From Gemmatimonadales bacterium (lineage in GTDB: Bacteria; Gemmatimonadota; Gemmatimonadetes; Gemmatimonadales; GWC2-71-9): a DNA stretch of 62,478 nt. Location: contig DASYTD010000139.1 of the NCBI GenBank assembly GCA_036002655.1, forward strand, positions 1 through 62,478, written 5' to 3'. Positions 62,178 to 62,478 of this stretch are shown one piece after another. Under the pieces are notes generated by a model. That model was not told the origin of the DNA. It did no database searches and saw nothing but the letters and a program-made list of their open reading frames with translations. The position numbers were made by a program, and so were the translations under genes. How positions within the stretch are numbered: the first letter of the stretch is position 1; every line of letters starts with the position of its first letter.

Positions 62178-62207
62178 AAGATAACGTAGAGCCTTGACCC
62201 CACGCAA
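62178..62207 (-). promoter_or_regulatory. sigma70-like promoter of the M50-scpAB... string (leaderless geometry)
   Basis: Minus strand: TTGCGT (62207->62202), 18 nt, TATCTT (62183->62178), then 5 nt to the GTG at 62172. Confidence 0.35.
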
Positions 62208-62222
62208 CTTACCGTCTAGTTT
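62194..62222 (+). promoter_or_regulatory. sigma70-like promoter of rpsT (leaderless geometry)
   Basis: TTGACC (62194-62199), 17 nt, TAGTTT (62217-62222), then 7 nt to the ATG at 62230. No Shine-Dalgarno sequence. Confidence 0.45.
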
Positions 62223-62229
62223 CCGCGCC

Positions 62230-62478
62230 ATGCCGAAGATTAAATCCGCGAAGAAAGCGCTGCGCCAGGCGCGCACGCGCGCCGTCCGCAACAAAGGCCA
62301 GCGCTCGTCGCTGCGCACCGCGTTGAAGCACGTGCGCGCCGCTGCCACCGCCGATGCGGCCGCGGCCGCGTATGCACTCGCGGCGCGAGTCCTCGATCAG
62401 GCCGCGCGCAAGGGATTGATCCACAAGAACAATGCCGCCCGGCAGAAGTCTCGGCTGGCGGCACTGGTGAAACGGTTG
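62230..62478 (+). CDS. rpsT: 30S ribosomal protein S20 (3' end cut by the window edge)
   Basis: Own translation: MPKIKSAKKALRQARTRAVRNKGQRSSLRTALKHVRAAATADAAAAAYALAARVLDQAARKGLIHKNNAARQKSRLAALVKRL. Not in the ORF track because no stop lies within the window. Confidence 0.9.
   Translation, partial: MPKIKSAKKALRQARTRAVRNKGQRSSLRTALKHVRAAATADAAAAAYALAARVLDQAARKGLIHKNNAARQKSRLAALVKRL

Overview
This is a high-GC (roughly two-thirds G+C by eye), very gene-dense bacterial chromosomal window. I call about 64 protein genes or gene fragments, mostly on the minus strand, and many are joined by 1-4 nt ATGA/GTGA/TGATG start-stop overlaps. All product names come from motif recognition in the supplied translations; no database search was possible. 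The proteins remind me of Gemmatimonadota-like genomes, but that is an unverified impression.

The left ~2.4 kb is accessory DNA. It holds an intact integron integrase whose 3' end faces a lower-GC stretch (about 52% G+C in the first 300 nt by hand count). That stretch contains an att-like site and a cassette-like partial ORF. Next come a truncated membrane-protein gene, a truncated and frameshifted phage-type integrase, and a tRNA-Sec (selC, anticodon UCA).

The rest is core genome:
- M23 peptidase, ridA, fhs, tatD, secDF, ribF, truB, rbfA, infB, nusA, rimP, pgeF and murA
- a plus-strand membrane / Zn-phospholipase-C-like block
- gatCAB, a UvrD/PcrA helicase, an orphan histidine kinase and serS
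- a plus-strand Roadblock / response regulator / two sugar nucleotidyltransferases / Ser-Thr kinase operon
- a HEAT-repeat protein plus HD-GYP pair, then groESL with a perfect CIRCE operator
- a ~22 kb co-directional run: M50 protease, scpAB, rluB, a HEAT protein, moxR, DUF58, a Bat-type operon, mutL, miaA, bshA, UbiA, uppP, birA, coaX, UbiA, membrane proteins, NlpC/P60 and a lipoprotein
- partial rpsT at the right edge

Signals worth a second look:
1. An apparently inverted-orientation integron next to a decayed selC island.
2. A recurrent family of 7-8 nt tandem-repeat arrays. Three are inverted array pairs that sit in frame at or inside housekeeping gene ends (miaA/bshA, mutL linker, murA/pgeF).
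3. A shared N-terminal Y-P-x-x-H-P domain in three signalling or HEAT proteins at two loci.
4. Sigma70-like promoters placed 5-12 nt from start codons (leaderless architecture), and a promoter plus intrinsic-terminator leader abutting the rimP start.

No CRISPR array, rRNA or intact transposon was seen.
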